Part shown: piece by piece, positions 49,801 to 63,569 of the stretch
How the letters are laid out: every line of letters starts with the position of its first letter
Position numbering within the stretch: the first letter of the stretch is position 1
From: Lama guanicoe
Lineage: Eukaryota
Assembly: GCA_013239625.1 (NCBI GenBank)
Contig: MU053934.1
Coordinates: forward strand, 8,329,352 to 8,393,351
Reading direction: 5' to 3'
DNA: 64,000 bases
Notes under the pieces: generated by a model
The model's input: the letters and a program-made list of their open reading frames with translations, nothing else
The model's database searches: none
Told to the model about the DNA's origin: nothing
Position numbers and translations under genes: made by a program

Positions 49801-50286
49801 CCCTCTCCAGGTACCCCCACTAAGCCACTGGCCTGGCCAGAGCAGCTTCTCTCCGTCATCAGTGAGCTCATCACTGAGAACAGGGCAGCCAGGTGGGGAG
49901 CTGCAGCAGGGCCTGCAGAGGCTGGAGAAGGAGCCTCCGTGAGCCTAGTCAGGCTGGGGCAGTTCGGCCCACACGGTCCCCAGCGTGTTGTGGGGTCGAG
50001 GGGACCCAGTAGCTGAGCTGTGGTCACAAGAAGAGCCGGAATTGCAAGCGAGAGAGGGAAACATGCACTGCAGATACAAAGCTGGCACACAGTACCAGGA
50101 AGCAAGCCGGGGAGTCACAAGGCACCCAAGAGTGCTGAAGGAAGATGTCCTTATGGACCAGGTCTGGAGAGAGAGGAAGGGACGTCTTCAAAAGGGGCGA
50201 TGCTGTTGTATGGACGTGTCTTCTACGCAGCAAAGTGGGTAGGCTACCTGGGTGGCTGCAAATGCGACCCGAGTGGTGGCCGATTC

Positions 50287-51018
<732 letters not shown>

Positions 51019-51090
51019 TCAGCCAAAGGCTGAGACTGACCAGGTGGGAGAAGGGGGTTGCGGTAACTCAGAACCTGAGCACCTGTGATG

Positions 51091-51532
51091 CTGAAATTGG
51101 GTAGATCCAGACAGAAATCAGGGAAAGGGTGGGGTTCAAGACTCTGAGTGGCTGTGAAGACCAAACAAGACGACACGACGGAGCAGAAAGTCCCTAGAGA
51201 GGAGCACAGCCGAGGCCAGGCAGGTGGTGCAGGCCCTTGGGGAATCCCCGACTCCGGATGTGGCTCCCTGGTCGCCGCCCTCACAAGGCCAAGGCGGGCT
51301 GCACAGGAGGGTGGACTTGTTCTGGGCCCTGAAGGATGAAAAAATGGTTTAAAAAAGGTTTCGACTACGGAAAGAGGGGCAGAAGGACGGGACGCGGCGT
51401 GGGAGGGGCAAAGAGCCGGCGCCCAGGCCAAGACCCCCTCCCCGCGCGGCGCCCCGCTCCCACCTGGGGCAGAACAAAAGGCGGATGCACCTGCGGCGGC
51501 GCCGGGGCCTGGGGCGGGCGGCGGGCGCGTAC
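51091..51532 (-). other. Predicted 5' UTR intron of RTL6 (~440 nt)
   Basis: Minus-strand donor CCCAG|GTACGC at 51533/51532. Pyrimidine-rich tract and acceptor TTTCAG| at 51091, with an alternative CACAG| at 51083. Consistent with the two-exon structure recalled for RTL6 in other mammals. Confidence 0.6.
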
Positions 51533-51970
51533 CTGGGTCTCTGCGGCTTCCTGCGCGGCTCCGTCTGCCGCGCCGGCCGCAACCAAGATGGCCCGATCGG
51601 GGATGCGGGCAGGCGGATGAGTCACGGCGGCGGCGGCCCGCCGGAACTGCTTCCCGGTCAGGTCAGGCCGGGGTGGCGGCGGCAGGCGGGCACCAGCGGC
51701 CTTCGGCGGGAGCACGAGCGGCGCTGGGGTCGGGGCGGCGGTTGCGGTGGAGGGCCGGTCGCAGCGCGGCCTGGGTGCAGGCGGGGCCCCCGCGGCGGCG
51801 GCAGCGGCAGCGGCGGCGGGCGGGCTTCGCGCGGGTCCTGCCGGTTGCCATGGAGACCACCGGCTCCCGCGCGGCCGAGGCCCCGCCCCGGAAGTGGCGC
51901 GCGCTGCCCCGTCCCTACTCCACGCAGCCCCGCCTCCTGGGCAACTGCTCGGTCCTTAGCAGCCAATCAG
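51380..51970 (-). promoter_or_regulatory. CpG-island promoter and non-coding first exon of RTL6
   Basis: Very high GC and CpG density just 5' of the CDS. Motifs: YY1-like CAAGATGGCC (51584-51593), AP-1 TGAGTCA (51618-51624), RFX X-box GTTGCCATGGAGAC (51844-51857), GC box CCCCGCCCC (51881-51889), ETS CCGGAAGTG (51888-51896), CCAAT box AGCCAATCAG (51961-51970). Confidence 0.88.
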
Positions 51971-52001
51971 TGATGACTGTGGTTACTCTTTTTTATTATT
52001 A

Positions 52002-52111
52002 TTACTTTATTTTTAAAACACTTTTTTATTGAGTGATAGTCATTTTACAATGTTGTGTCAAATTCCAGTGTAGAGCACAATTTTCCAGTTATACATCAAC
52101 GTACATATATA
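52002..52111 (-). mobile_element. Very short 5'-truncated L1 3' end
   Basis: Reverse-complement match to the L1 3' end at ~56540-56635. Approximate TSD TACTCTTTTTTATTATTA (51984-52001) / TACTCTTGCTTTATTATTA (52112-52130). Confidence 0.75.
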
Positions 52112-52273
52112 TACTCTTGCTTTATTATTAACATAGATACCTTCCTTTCTTTTAAATTCTTCCTAAGACCGCTAGTGAAGCTCTTTGTATATATTGTAAT
52201 TATTTTTTAATGAAGCTTGCTTTTCATATTCAATACAAATTCAATGTAGTATGTATTCATTGCAGAGAACTTT

Positions 52274-53120
52274 TTTCGTATATATATTTTTTATTGAAGT
52301 GTAGTCAGTTTATAATGCTGTGTCAATTTCTAATGTACAAAACAATGCTTCAGTCATATACAAACATACATATATTCGGTTTCATATTCTTTTTCACCAT
52401 AAGTTACAACAAGATTCGAATATAATTCCCTGCACTATACAGCATAAACTTATTGTTTATCTATTCTATAATATCAATTAGTATCTGCAAATCTCTAACT
52501 CCCAATTTATCCCCTCCCACCTTCCCCTCCCCATAAGCACAAGTTTGTTCTCTATGCCTGAGAGTCTGTTTCTGTTTTGCAAATAAGTTCATTTGTCTTT
52601 TTTTTAAAGATTCCACAGATAAATGATATCATATGGTATTTGTCTTTCTCTATCTGGGTTCTTTCACTTAGAATGACAATCTCCAGGTCCATCCATGTTG
52701 CTGCAAATAGCATTATTTTATTTTTTTATGGCTGAGTAGTATTTCATTGTATAAATATACCACAACTTCTTTATCCAGTCATCGGTCCATGGACATTTAG
52801 GTTGTTTCTATGTCTTGGCTATTGTGAATAGTGCTGCTATGAACATTGGGTGCAGGTGTCTTTTTGAATGAAGGTTCTCTCTGGATGTATGCCCAGGAGT
52901 GGAATTTCTGGATCATATGGTAAGTCTATTTTTAGTCTTTTGAGGAATCTCCCTACAGATTTCCATAACAGCTGTACCAAACTGCATTCCCACCAGCAGT
53001 GCAGGAGGATTCCCTTTCCTCCACACCCTCTCCAGCATTTATTGTCTGTGGACTTCTGAATGATGGCCATTCTGACTGGTGTGAGGTGATAACTCATTGT
53101 AGTTGTGATTTGCATTTCTC
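52274..53120 (-). mobile_element. 5'-truncated LINE-1 with target-site duplication
   Basis: ORF2 C-terminus ([30 protein letters not shown]) plus 3' UTR. 16-bp TSD CATTGCAGAGAACTTT (52258-52273) / CATTGCAAAGAACTTT (53121-53136). Confidence 0.93.
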
Positions 53121-56100
53121 CATTGCAAAGAACTTTGATATGAAAGAAGTCTCAAAAAAAAACCTTACATCACTCAGAGTTCCTCCACCTGTAGAGAGTA
53201 AATAGTACTATTTCTGTAGTTCCATCCAGTACTTTTGCTATGATATATCCTATTACAAAATATTAATTATTGCACCTTATGTTTTGCAACCTCGAATGCA
53301 CCCTGAATTTGGGGCATTTTCCTTTAAAGATATTTCAAAAGCATGGTTTTCCGTTACTGCCTATGTTCCAGTGAAATCATGTTCCCAGTTTATTTAATAT
53401 GCTCCTTTTGATAGGTTTCATTATCTTTTTTAACATGTGGAAGTTTTATAAACCACACTTGAATGTAAATCCCAGCCCATTCCTCTGCCAGCTTCTCTGG
53501 GTTAATCACCCAGGAGTGAAATTACTGGACCAAAGTATATGAGCTATTTGACTCTGGGTCTGGCTGCTCTTCCTGCTTGATCTTGCTGAGCTGCTTCTGA
53601 ATGATCAGTCCCAGACTGGAGCATGGCTGGAGAGAAAAGACGCCCGCCACGCCAGTCTTCTGAGGACCCCGCCTACAAGGAGGCTGAATCGCTGGCAGCC
53701 ACTTGCCCATCTCTGGCAGGCCTGGGGCAGGCTCCGCTACACTCACGCCTTTACACTTTTTGCTTCTATAAAATGGGAACTGGGACATGAGGATGTGAGC
53801 ACTTGGAAAGGATAGTCTAGCTGTGTCACAGCTGTGTGGACCCCAGTGTGACAAAAGGTGCACTTTTTGTGACCAGCTGAGAACGTCTAGGACTGAAGGC
53901 AAGAAGAGAAAGAAAGGAGACAGTGTTTTCTTAAACTGCTTCTGTGAGATCACCCACATCACATGGGGACAGGAGCTGCTTTAATCTTGACTGAGGTCAA
54001 TGGTCAATGACTTCAAATGCAGAAGTCGGCCTGTACCCTGCTATCCTTCCCACTTTTTCCAAACGCACACAGGATTCCACTCCTGTGAGTCACCCCACCG
54101 GTTTTTCTGCCCTCAGTGCCTGGGTTTTACCTCCCCAGGTTACTGGATGCTGTGCATGTAAGTGAAGTGTTCACTGCAATTCCAGGTGTGGTTGACACCA
54201 TACATCTTAAATTCCCAGGTGCATTGACTATAAGGTGCGCTCTGACTTGAGAAATGATAAAACATGAAATTGAAGGAATACAAAATATGTTTGTATTTCA
54301 CCTACTTCAGATAGGATATAAAGTGGCAGTGTGTAAAATAGAGCTAAATAATTAAAATACAGATTAAAATAAGGAAAAGGGGCAGAGTACTTGGCTTCAG
54401 ATCCAGATAATGTTATGATTTATGCTCTGAGGTGCTGCTCTCTGCCAAAACACAGAACAGCAATAAACTGTACAGTGAAGGTATTCAGAGGATCTGGCTG
54501 GACTCAAAAGCAAGATAAACTCCACCGTGTTCCTGAAACACAAACTGCTGAGTATTGACAAAGCCACAGACCTGCTGGGCTCTGGGTCCCAAGGCATAAT
54601 TAAGACACAAGGCTGGAAACAGAACCAGGCTTCCTATTTGCAAGCAGGGGAGAGGGGAGTCAGCCCTATGTCAAAGAGGAATCTGAAAAATCTGCTTCAT
54701 CCATTTCATGGGGCAACAGCTTCTGTGAGGGTGTGGCCCTGGGACAAGGGAGAACATCGAATATCATTAATCTTTTGCCGCCTAGTTGAGAAATAGGCCC
54801 CAGAGGGCCAGGAATTGTGAACCACCACCACCAATATAAAAACATTTCTGTACTGCACACCAGACACGACTGGAATGACCCCACACTGCTGGGTTCTCAT
54901 CAGAAACCACAGGAGTCAGAAGTCAGTGGGAAGATAGATTCAAAGTGCTGAAATAACAAGATTATCAACCAAGAATTCTATACCCAGCAAAACTGTCTTT
55001 CAGAAATGTAGGGAAAATTAAGATATTCCCAGGTAAATAAAACTAGAGAGAATTCATCACTAGCAAACCTACTCTCCAAAAAAATAATTCAGAGAGGTCC
55101 TTCAGGCTAAAATGAAAAGACATTAGACAGTAACTGGAATTCATATAAAGAGCCCCAGTAAAGGTATCAACATAGGTAAATATAAAAGACAGTGTAAGTG
55201 TATTTTCGTAACTCTTTTTTCTCCTGTATTACTTAAAAGACAATTGTGTAAAGCAATCATTATAAATCTATGTTAATGAGCATACAATATATTAAAAATG
55301 TAATTTGCATGACAACAATATCACAAAAGAGGTGAGGAGATGGAGCTATTTAGGGAGCAAAGTTTTCTAAACTATTGCAATTAAGTTAGTATTAATCCAA
55401 ACTAGATTTTTATAAGTTAGGATGTTAGCTGTAATCCTCAAGGCAACCAGTAAGTATAATTCAAAAATATGTGCAAAAAATGACAAGGGAATTAAAATGG
55501 TACATTAGAAAATATCTATTTTACATGAAAGAAGGAAGTAATGGAGGATTAGAGGAACAAAAAGTAGGACATATGGAAAATAAATAACAAAGTGGCAGGT
55601 GTAAGTCCTACTTTATCAATAATATATTAAATGTAAATTGATTAAACGTTCCACCTGAAAGGTCAAGAGTGGCAAAATGGACTTTTTTTTAATGATCCAA
55701 TTTGATGCTATCCACAAGAGGCACACTTTACATTCAAAGACACAAACAAGTTGAATAAAAGAATGAAAAATGATATACCATTCAAACTAACAAAAGGGAG
55801 CTGGAAGAGCTATACTAATATCAGACAAAATAGACTTTAAGACAAAAAATGTTAGTAGAGACAAAGAAAGACAAAGAAAGTTGTGATGATAAAAGGATCT
55901 ATTCATCAAGACAACAATTGTGAACATATGTGCACCTGACAATAGAGACTTCAATTTCAATATTTATCTGCAAAGCTGTAGTAATCAAGAATGTATCATC
56001 TGGCATGGTTCAATGGAATAGAATTAAAAGAAATAAATCCTAACATTTATGATCAATTTATTTCAAAAAGGGTGCCAAACAATTTAATGACCAAAGAATA

Positions 56101-56129
56101 GCCTCTTCTGAAATTAGAAATCCATAGCA

Positions 56130-56646
56130 CAACAGGTGACTGGATAAAGAAGATGTGGTATATTTATACAATGGAATACTACTCAGCCATAAAACCCGAC
56201 AACATAATGCCATTTGCAGCAACATGGATGCTCCTAGAGAATGTCATTCTAAGTGAAGTAAGCCAGAAAGAGAAAGAAAAATACCATATGAGATCGCTCA
56301 TATGTGGAATCTAAAAAACAAAAACAAAAACAAACAAACAAACAAAAACAAAGCATAAATACAGGACAGAAATAGACTCATGGACAGAGAATACAGACTT
56401 GTGGTTACCAGGGGGGTAGAGGGTGGGAAGGGATAGACTGGGATTTCAAAATTGTAGAATAGATAAACAAGATTACACTGTATAGCACAGGGAAATATAC
56501 ACAAAATGTTATGATAAATCACAGAGAAAAAAATGTGACAATGAGTGTGTATAGGTCCATGAATGACTGAAAAATTGTGCTGAACACTGGAATTTGACAC
56601 AACATTGTAAAATGATTATAAATCAATAAAAAATGTTAAAAGAAAA
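56130..56646 (+). mobile_element. Young 5'-truncated LINE-1 3' end with perfect TSD
   Basis: Perfect 14-bp TSD AGAAATCCATAGCA at 56116-56129 and 56647-56660; AATAAA and A-rich tail at the 3' end. Confidence 0.93.
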
Positions 56647-57534
56647 AGAAATCCATAGCAAAGAATGAAATTAGCCCTTCTACCTCTTACCCTATGCAAA
56701 AATTAACTCTAATGGATCAAAGACCTAAATGTTAAGACTTAAAACTATAAAACTCTTAGAGGAAAACCTAGAGGTTTTCTTTGTGAGCTTAGATTGAGCA
56801 ATGGTTTCTTACATATGACACCAAAGTATAAGTGATTTAAAAAAATAAATAAATCGAATTTCACCGAAGTGTAAAACTTTTGTGTTTCAAAGGACACTAA
56901 CAAGAAAGTGAAAGATAACCCTCAGAATGGGAGAAAATATTTGCAAATCCTGTATCTGATAAGGGTCTAGTATCCAGAATGTACAAAGAATTCTTGCAAC
57001 TTGATAATAAGAAAGACAAATCACCCAATTTTTTTAATGGGCAAAGTATTTGAACAGACGTTTCTCTAAAGAAGATACACAGGTGGCCCATAAGCACATG
57101 AAGAGATACTTAACATTATTAGTCTTTAGGAAAATGCAAACAAGAAGCATAGTGAGATATCACTTCACACACCCCACCGCCCAGCATTGCTATAGTTGAA
57201 AAGACAGACAGTAACAAATGTTGGTGAAGAAGTGGGAAAATTGGAACCCTGATACATGGCACAGCTACCGTGAAACAGTTTGGCAGCTTCTCAAAAAGTT
57301 AAACGTAGAGTTGCTATAGAACCCAGCAATTCCACTCCTAGGCATATGCCCAAGATAGCTGAAGACACGTGTGGACGTGAACAGTCGTACATAAATGTTC
57401 ACAGTGGCATTGTTCATAATAGAGAGAAAAATGGACCCAACCCACATGTTCACCAATCAATGAATGGGTCAACAAAACATGGTATCACAGTGCAATGGAA
57501 TATTAATCGGCTCTAAAAAGAATGAAATGCTGAT

Positions 57535-57860
57535 GTCCTCGGTGCCATGGGGGATTGGTTCCAGGACCCCCGTTGATACCCAAATCTGTGGATGCTCAAG
57601 TTCTTTATATAAACTGATGCAGTATTTGTAACCTACACACATCCTCCTATGTACTTTAAATCATCTTGAGGTCCTTATGTTACCTAATACAACATACATG
57701 CTATGTAAATAGTTTTAAATGCAATGGAAACACCATGTAAATAATTGCCACCCACAGCAAGTTCAAGTTTTGCTTTTTGGCACTTTCTGGAATTTTTCCA
57801 AATATTTTTGATCCATAGTTGGTTGAATCTGCAGATGCAGAACTCACAGACGCTGTACTG
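57535..57860. mobile_element. MER2-like TcMar-Tigger DNA transposon
   Basis: GGGGGATTGGTTCCAGGACCCCC...CAAATCTGTGGATGCTCAAGT and TTGGTTGAATCTGCAGATGCAGAAC. Confidence 0.82.
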
Positions 57861-58169
57861 ATTGATACGTGCTACCATGCGGATGAGCCGCGAAAGCATT
57901 ATGCTAAATGAAAGTGAGACACAAGGGCCACGTATTGTGCGACTGTATTTACGTGACACGTCTGCAGCAGGCAGAGCCCGAGGCTTCCAGGATCTGGGGT
58001 GGAGAAGGGTGACTGCTGATGCATGCAGAGTTTCTTTGGGGGGTGACGAAAATGTTCGGGATTTAGTGTTGATGGTTGCACGACATTGTGAATATACTAA
58101 AACCCACTAAATTGTATGCTTTCTAAAAGGGAATTTTAGAGTCTATGAATCGTATCTTTTAAAAAAATA

Positions 58170-60075
58170 TCAGTTGCCCTTCATGATCAAAATTCACAGA
58201 AGAATGAGCACAGAGGGGAACTTCCTCAACTCGATAGTGAGCTTCTAGAAAAACCCAATAGCTAATGTTGTATTTCATGGTCAAGACTGAGTGCCTTCCC
58301 CCCAAGACTGGGAACGAGGCCAGGGTGCTCCTTCTCACCATTTTTATTCAACATACTGCTGGAAGTTCTAGCCAGAGCAATGAGGCGAAGAAGGAAACAA
58401 GAGACACTCACATTGGAAAGGAAGAAATCAGACTGCTCCTCCTTGCAGTTGGCATAACTGTCTACCTAGAAAATCCCAAAGCATTTACCAAAACCAGCGA
58501 TGATAATTTCTTAGAACAAGTGAATTCAGCAAGCGCACAAGATACAAGGTGAATATAGAAAAATCGATTTAAATTTGTATGTACTAGCAATGGACACACG
58601 GGCAGCGCAATTTAAAATACAGTGGCATGTTCAATCATTCAAAAATCACGCAGATGCATATCTAACAGAATATGTACACGGTTTGAATGCGGAAAACAAC
58701 AAACCTTGATAAAAGAAATCTAAAAAGATTTATGTAAAGAAAGAGACACACTGTGAAATGGTTTGGAAGAATCAACACAGTAGAGATGTCAATGCTCCCC
58801 AAATTGATGTGCAGGTTTAATGCAGGGTCTATCAAAGCCCAAGAAAAATTTTTTTGTCGCTACATAGATTATTCTAAAACATATAAGGAAAGGCAAAGGA
58901 ACTAGAATAACTAAAACAATTTTGAAAAAGAATAATAAGATGGGAGACATCAGTCTACCTGATTTCAAGATTTATAACATAGCCACAGTAATTAAGACTG
59001 TATTATAATGATGGAGAGGTAGACATTTAGATTAACAGAACAAAATAGAAAACGCAGAAATAGACCGATACAGATATGCCCATTGACTTTTGACAAAGAC
59101 ACAAAAGCAATCCAGTGGAGGGAAAATAGCCTCTTCAACAAGCGGCAATGGAGCCATTAAACATTCATAGGTTTAAAAAAAGAAAGAAAGAAAGAAAGGA
59201 AACACAATCTAAGTCTGACACCTCTACAAAATTATCTCAAAATGGATCATAGACTGAAATGTAAAATATATAACATTAAACAGATAAAATCTTTGCAATG
59301 TAGGGTTAGACAAAGAAACCTTAGGTTTGACACCAAAAACATGATCCGTGAAAGGGAAAACTGATAAACTGGGCTCTATTATAATTTAAAACTTTTGCTC
59401 TGTGAAGGACCCTGCTACGGGTATGAAAATTCAAGGTAGAGACTGGGAGAAAATATTTGTAAACCACGTGTTCTACAATAGACGAGTATCTAAAACATAC
59501 AAAGAACTCTCAAAGCTCAGCAGTAAGGCAACAAACGATCCAATTAGAAAATGGACCAAAGATGTGATGAAGACGCATTTCACCCAAGAGGAGGGGCAGA
59601 TGGCAAATAAGCACATGAAAGAATGTCTGCCATCATCGGCCATTATGGAAATGAAAATTAGAACCATGATAAGATATCATTATACACCTACTAGAATGAC
59701 TGAAATAAAGAAATGACAAAACCAAATGCCGGTGAGGATGCAGAGAAACTGGGTACATTGCTGATGGGAATGCAAAGTGGTACAGCTACTCTGGAAAACG
59801 ATGTGACAATGTCTTTTCAAAACTAAGAGTGCAACGGCTGTACGACCCAGCGATCACAGTCCAGACATTCATCCCAGAGAAATGAAAGCATGAGGAGGCA
59901 CTGGGGTGGAAGGGAAGTGGGTGTGGCTATAAAAGGGAGTCTTTTCCATCTTGACTCTATCAAGGTCAATGTCCTGGTCGCGGTGTTGCACCATGAGCTT
60001 GCAAGATGTTACTGTTGGGGGAAACAGAGTAAAGGGCACACGGTCTGTCTGTATTATTTATTACAGCTGCATGTG
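58170..60075 (+). mobile_element. Old LINE-1 ORF2/3' UTR fragment
   Basis: TATTCAACATACTGCTGGAAGTTCTAGCCAGAGCAA; translation WEKIFVNHV..QMANKHMK..IRYHYTPTRM. Confidence 0.87.
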
Positions 60076-60944
60076 AAGTGGGCTTCGTGGGGAGGACATC
60101 ACTGGCAGGTGAGCTTGGGGGACCCTTTCCATACCTTCAAGTGGAATGTCATGTTGGCTCTGGACGTGATCCTGGAGTTCTGGGGAAAGGTCCATTGGAA
60201 AGTTATTTTCAGACAGTGTTTAAGACTAGGAAGAGAGTGTATACAGAAGGGGGGAGAGGGTCAAGAGCTGGGCAGCCCACCGTTTAGAGGTCGAGGAGGT
60301 GAGGAGGACCTGCCGAGGAGTGGCCAGCGGGGACGAAGGAAATTAAGGAGCGTCCTCAGGGAGGAGGAGGGGTGGCCAACCATGTCAAAGTCTTCTCATA
60401 GGCAGGGCCACCATTCAAATTGGGATGCTCTTGGGAGCTAAACACCTGGCATAGATCATTTAATGCATTTTCTGAAACATTATTTGTGGCCAACAGATTT
60501 GTTAATTATGTTGGTGGACCTACAACTATGGCCTTGTCACTGATCTTTTTCTGAAGAATGCTCTCTTTTCAAATATGGTCTTACTAGTCTTCATTTTTGT
60601 CATAAAATCGCTTCAAAGTTGTCTTCTGTGGTGATAAATTTAAATCCGTTGACATTTTCAACTAACTCTTCTTTGTAGACTAGATTTTAATTGAGAAAAT
60701 TCTCTTCCTACAGCTACTAAGTTACCAGGTAGGCTCAGAAAAACTCTAGTAAATGGAGGATATTCACAATCCTATCTTTTAATTGAAAGGTATAAATATT
60801 CCAGCTCAAATATCTCCACAGGTTATCATTTTGACTCAGTTTTGACAGAATAGACTATCATTCTGTGACAAATATTTTCATAAGCCAAAATATGTCCCCC
60901 TTAAAATTTGTTTATCATTCTTTTGAATGTTTCATTGAATTTAT

Positions 60945-61815
60945 TTACTTATTTATTATTGAAGTAGAGTTGATTTACAATATTGTGTTTGTTTCTGGTG
61001 GACAGCAAAATGATTCAGTTACACACATATATTCTTTTTCATTATAGATTATTAGAAGATATTGAATATAGTTTTCTGTGCTGTACAGTAGGACCTTGTT
61101 GTTTATCTATTTTGTATATAGTAGTTTGCATCTGCTAATCCCAAATTCCTAATTTATCCTTCCCCTCCTTTCCCTTTTGGTGGCAAGTTTGTTTTCTATG
61201 TCTGTGAGTCTGTTTCTATATCATACATGAGGTCATTTGTGTCATTTTTTAAGATTCCACATATAAGTGATATCATGATATTTGTCTTTCTCTGTCTGAC
61301 TTGCTTCACTTAGTATGATAATCTCTAGGTCCATCCATGTTGCTGCAAATGGCATTATTTAATTCTTTCTTATAGCTGAGTAGTATTCCACTGTGTAAAT
61401 ATACCACATCTTTATCCAACCATCTGCCGATGGACATTTAAATTGCTTCCATGTCTTGGCTATTGTAAATAGTGCTGCTATGAACATTGGAGTGTCTGTA
61501 TCTTTTCAAAGTAGAGTTTTCTCCAGGTTGTATGATCCAGGACTGGGATTGCTGGATCATATGGTAGCTCTATTTCTAGTTTTTAAAGGAATCTCCATAT
61601 TGTTTTTCATAGTGGCTGCACCAAATTACATTCCCACCAGAAGTGTAGGAGGGCTCCCTTTTCTCCACACCCTCTCCAGCTCTTACCATTTGTGGACATT
61701 TAAATGATGGCCATTCTGACCAGTGTGAGGTGATACCTCATTGTAGTTTTGATTTGCATTTCTCTGATAATTAGTGACGTCGAGCATCTTTTCATGTCCC
61801 TTTGGCCATCTGTAT
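60945..61815 (-). mobile_element. LINE-1 3' end, antisense
   Basis: ATTGAAGTAGAGTTGATTTACAATATTGTG..GATTCCACATATAAGTGATATCAT..GATGGCCATTCTGACCAGTGTGAGGTGATACCTC. Confidence 0.9.
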
Positions 61816-62826
61816 GTTTCATCAAATTTAGAAGCTGCAAAATTGTAGACCTTCTTGATTTCCTTCCATGCCAGTACAGAATATAAATTTATCCAATTAA
61901 AACTAGGACTCTCACCAAAAGATTCTTCCCACATGATGAGATATTCCAAAAACAATTATGAAATATGAAAATCAGAACTCGAACACCGTTGGAACTCTCA
62001 GCATTTAATTTCTTCATCCCCTCCCTTTCTTTTGTAGAGATGAATTTCCATGTTTCCCGATTGGCAAGGAGTGTTTCTAATAATTACAGTTCCCTAAAGC
62101 TTCAAAGCTCAAAATTCTTGGCACTCATTTAATGAATACTTTGATTAAAAGATTTCCAACAGATTTTGAACACAATGTAACAAGAAATTAGAGGCCTCAT
62201 TTACAAAAAGTTCAGTCTCACTCTGGGGCATTGGGTTGATGTACGAAGTGGCTCTTCAAGGGTCTGATTGACAGCAGCAAACACAGAAAGACATCCCGGG
62301 AGCCTGAAGTCTGTTTTTGTATTCAGATACTAACTTTGCCACAAAAATTTGTGTAGCCCAATTTCTCTAACTATGTATATAAAAATATTTCTCAACAATG
62401 ACAACTGCAGCCTCTACTTGATGGATAAAATATCACAGATTATTTGGGTGCGACTGAGAATAACATGTTCCCTGCAACCAATCCCAAGGACGTCGGTTTT
62501 TTAATTTAGTGAAAACATGGCTTTTTCTCAGGACACTGTTATAAATTATCTCTGTTATTAAACTCTCTTCATTTATCTGGATTGTGTCTTTGGTTTTCTG
62601 TAAACCCAGGCTGACACCAGTCCCTTCAGAAAACAAGTAGGCATGAATTAGAAAGCCACAAATGGGCAAGGCTGGAGTCCTTCTCCTAAATCTCATGCAC
62701 AAGTGCCATTGGAACCCTGTGGAAGACTGTTTACAGAGGTGATGTTTATAACAGGGGGGAGAAAAACTGGAAATAGTGCAAATGCTCATCCACCATAGGC
62801 TGGAAAAATAAAGTAGAATCATGTCT

Positions 62827-63003
62827 AGTAATGATTCTCAACTTTTAACATACATCAGAGTCACCTGGAAAGGCTGACCCCACACCCAGAGTTTCTGATT
62901 CAGGCAAGAGGTCTGGGATGGACCCAAGAATTTGCATTTCTCACAAGGTCTCAGGTGACACTGATACTGCTGCCCTGGGGACCGACTTTGAGAAATGTGC
63001 TGC
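62827..63003. mobile_element. MER5A-like hAT-Charlie MITE
   Basis: CATCAGAGTCACCTGG..CCCCACACCCAGAGTTTCTGATTCAG..AAGAATTTGCATTTCTCACAAG..GACTTTGAGAA. Confidence 0.85.
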
Positions 63004-63135
63004 AGAGCAGTGAAAATCGACGAGCTCCTCCTACAGGGACGAGTCTTCCAAACATTGTTACGAGTGAAAGAAGACAAAGAGTACATACCATATAATCTCC
63101 TTGTATGAAGCCCAAAACCAGCAAAGACTGGGGGT

Positions 63136-63266
63136 GGGAAGGGCACAGCTCAGTGGTAGGGCACATGCTTAGCATGCTCAGGGTTGTGGGTTCAATCCCT
63201 CGTACCTCCATTAAAAAATAATAATAGTAAACATTTTTTAAAAAAATAAAAAACAAAAACAAAAAA
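63136..63266 (+). mobile_element. tRNA-derived SINE, Vic-1-like
   Basis: GGGAAGGGCACAGCTCAGTGGTAGGGCACATGCTTAGCATGC...GGGTTCAATCCC followed by an A-rich tail. Confidence 0.82.
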
Positions 63267-63569
63267 CCACCAGGAGAGGCTAAATTTTCTTTCTTAAGGG
63301 TAGATACTCGGTGATGAATGTACTAAGAAAAACAAGGCAGTTACTGCGACAGACTTCAGGATCGTGACGCCCTGGGGCAGGAGGAGGCTCTGTCAGGAGG
63401 AGGCGCATGCCTTGTCTTCTAGGTCCCAGGCAGCGGGGTGGTTCTCACCCAGGGCAGTAACCACACAGATGCGTCCTCTCACAGTCATTCAATAGAGGAC
63501 ACATCTGTGTTCTGTGTACTGGTCCAAGTGTGCATTATATTTCATGACACGAAAGTTTAAAATAGAGAA

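Larger units (their letters stand above)
54870..58160 (+). mobile_element. Old LINE-1 (ORF1 end, ORF2 pieces, 3' UTR) hosting younger insertions
   Basis: TCAACCAAGAATTCTATACCCAGCAAAACTGTC (ORF1 3' part), GCTATACTAATATCAGACAAAATAGACTTTAA (endonuclease), TGGGAGAAAATATTTGCAAATC (ORF2 3' part). Confidence 0.88.
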
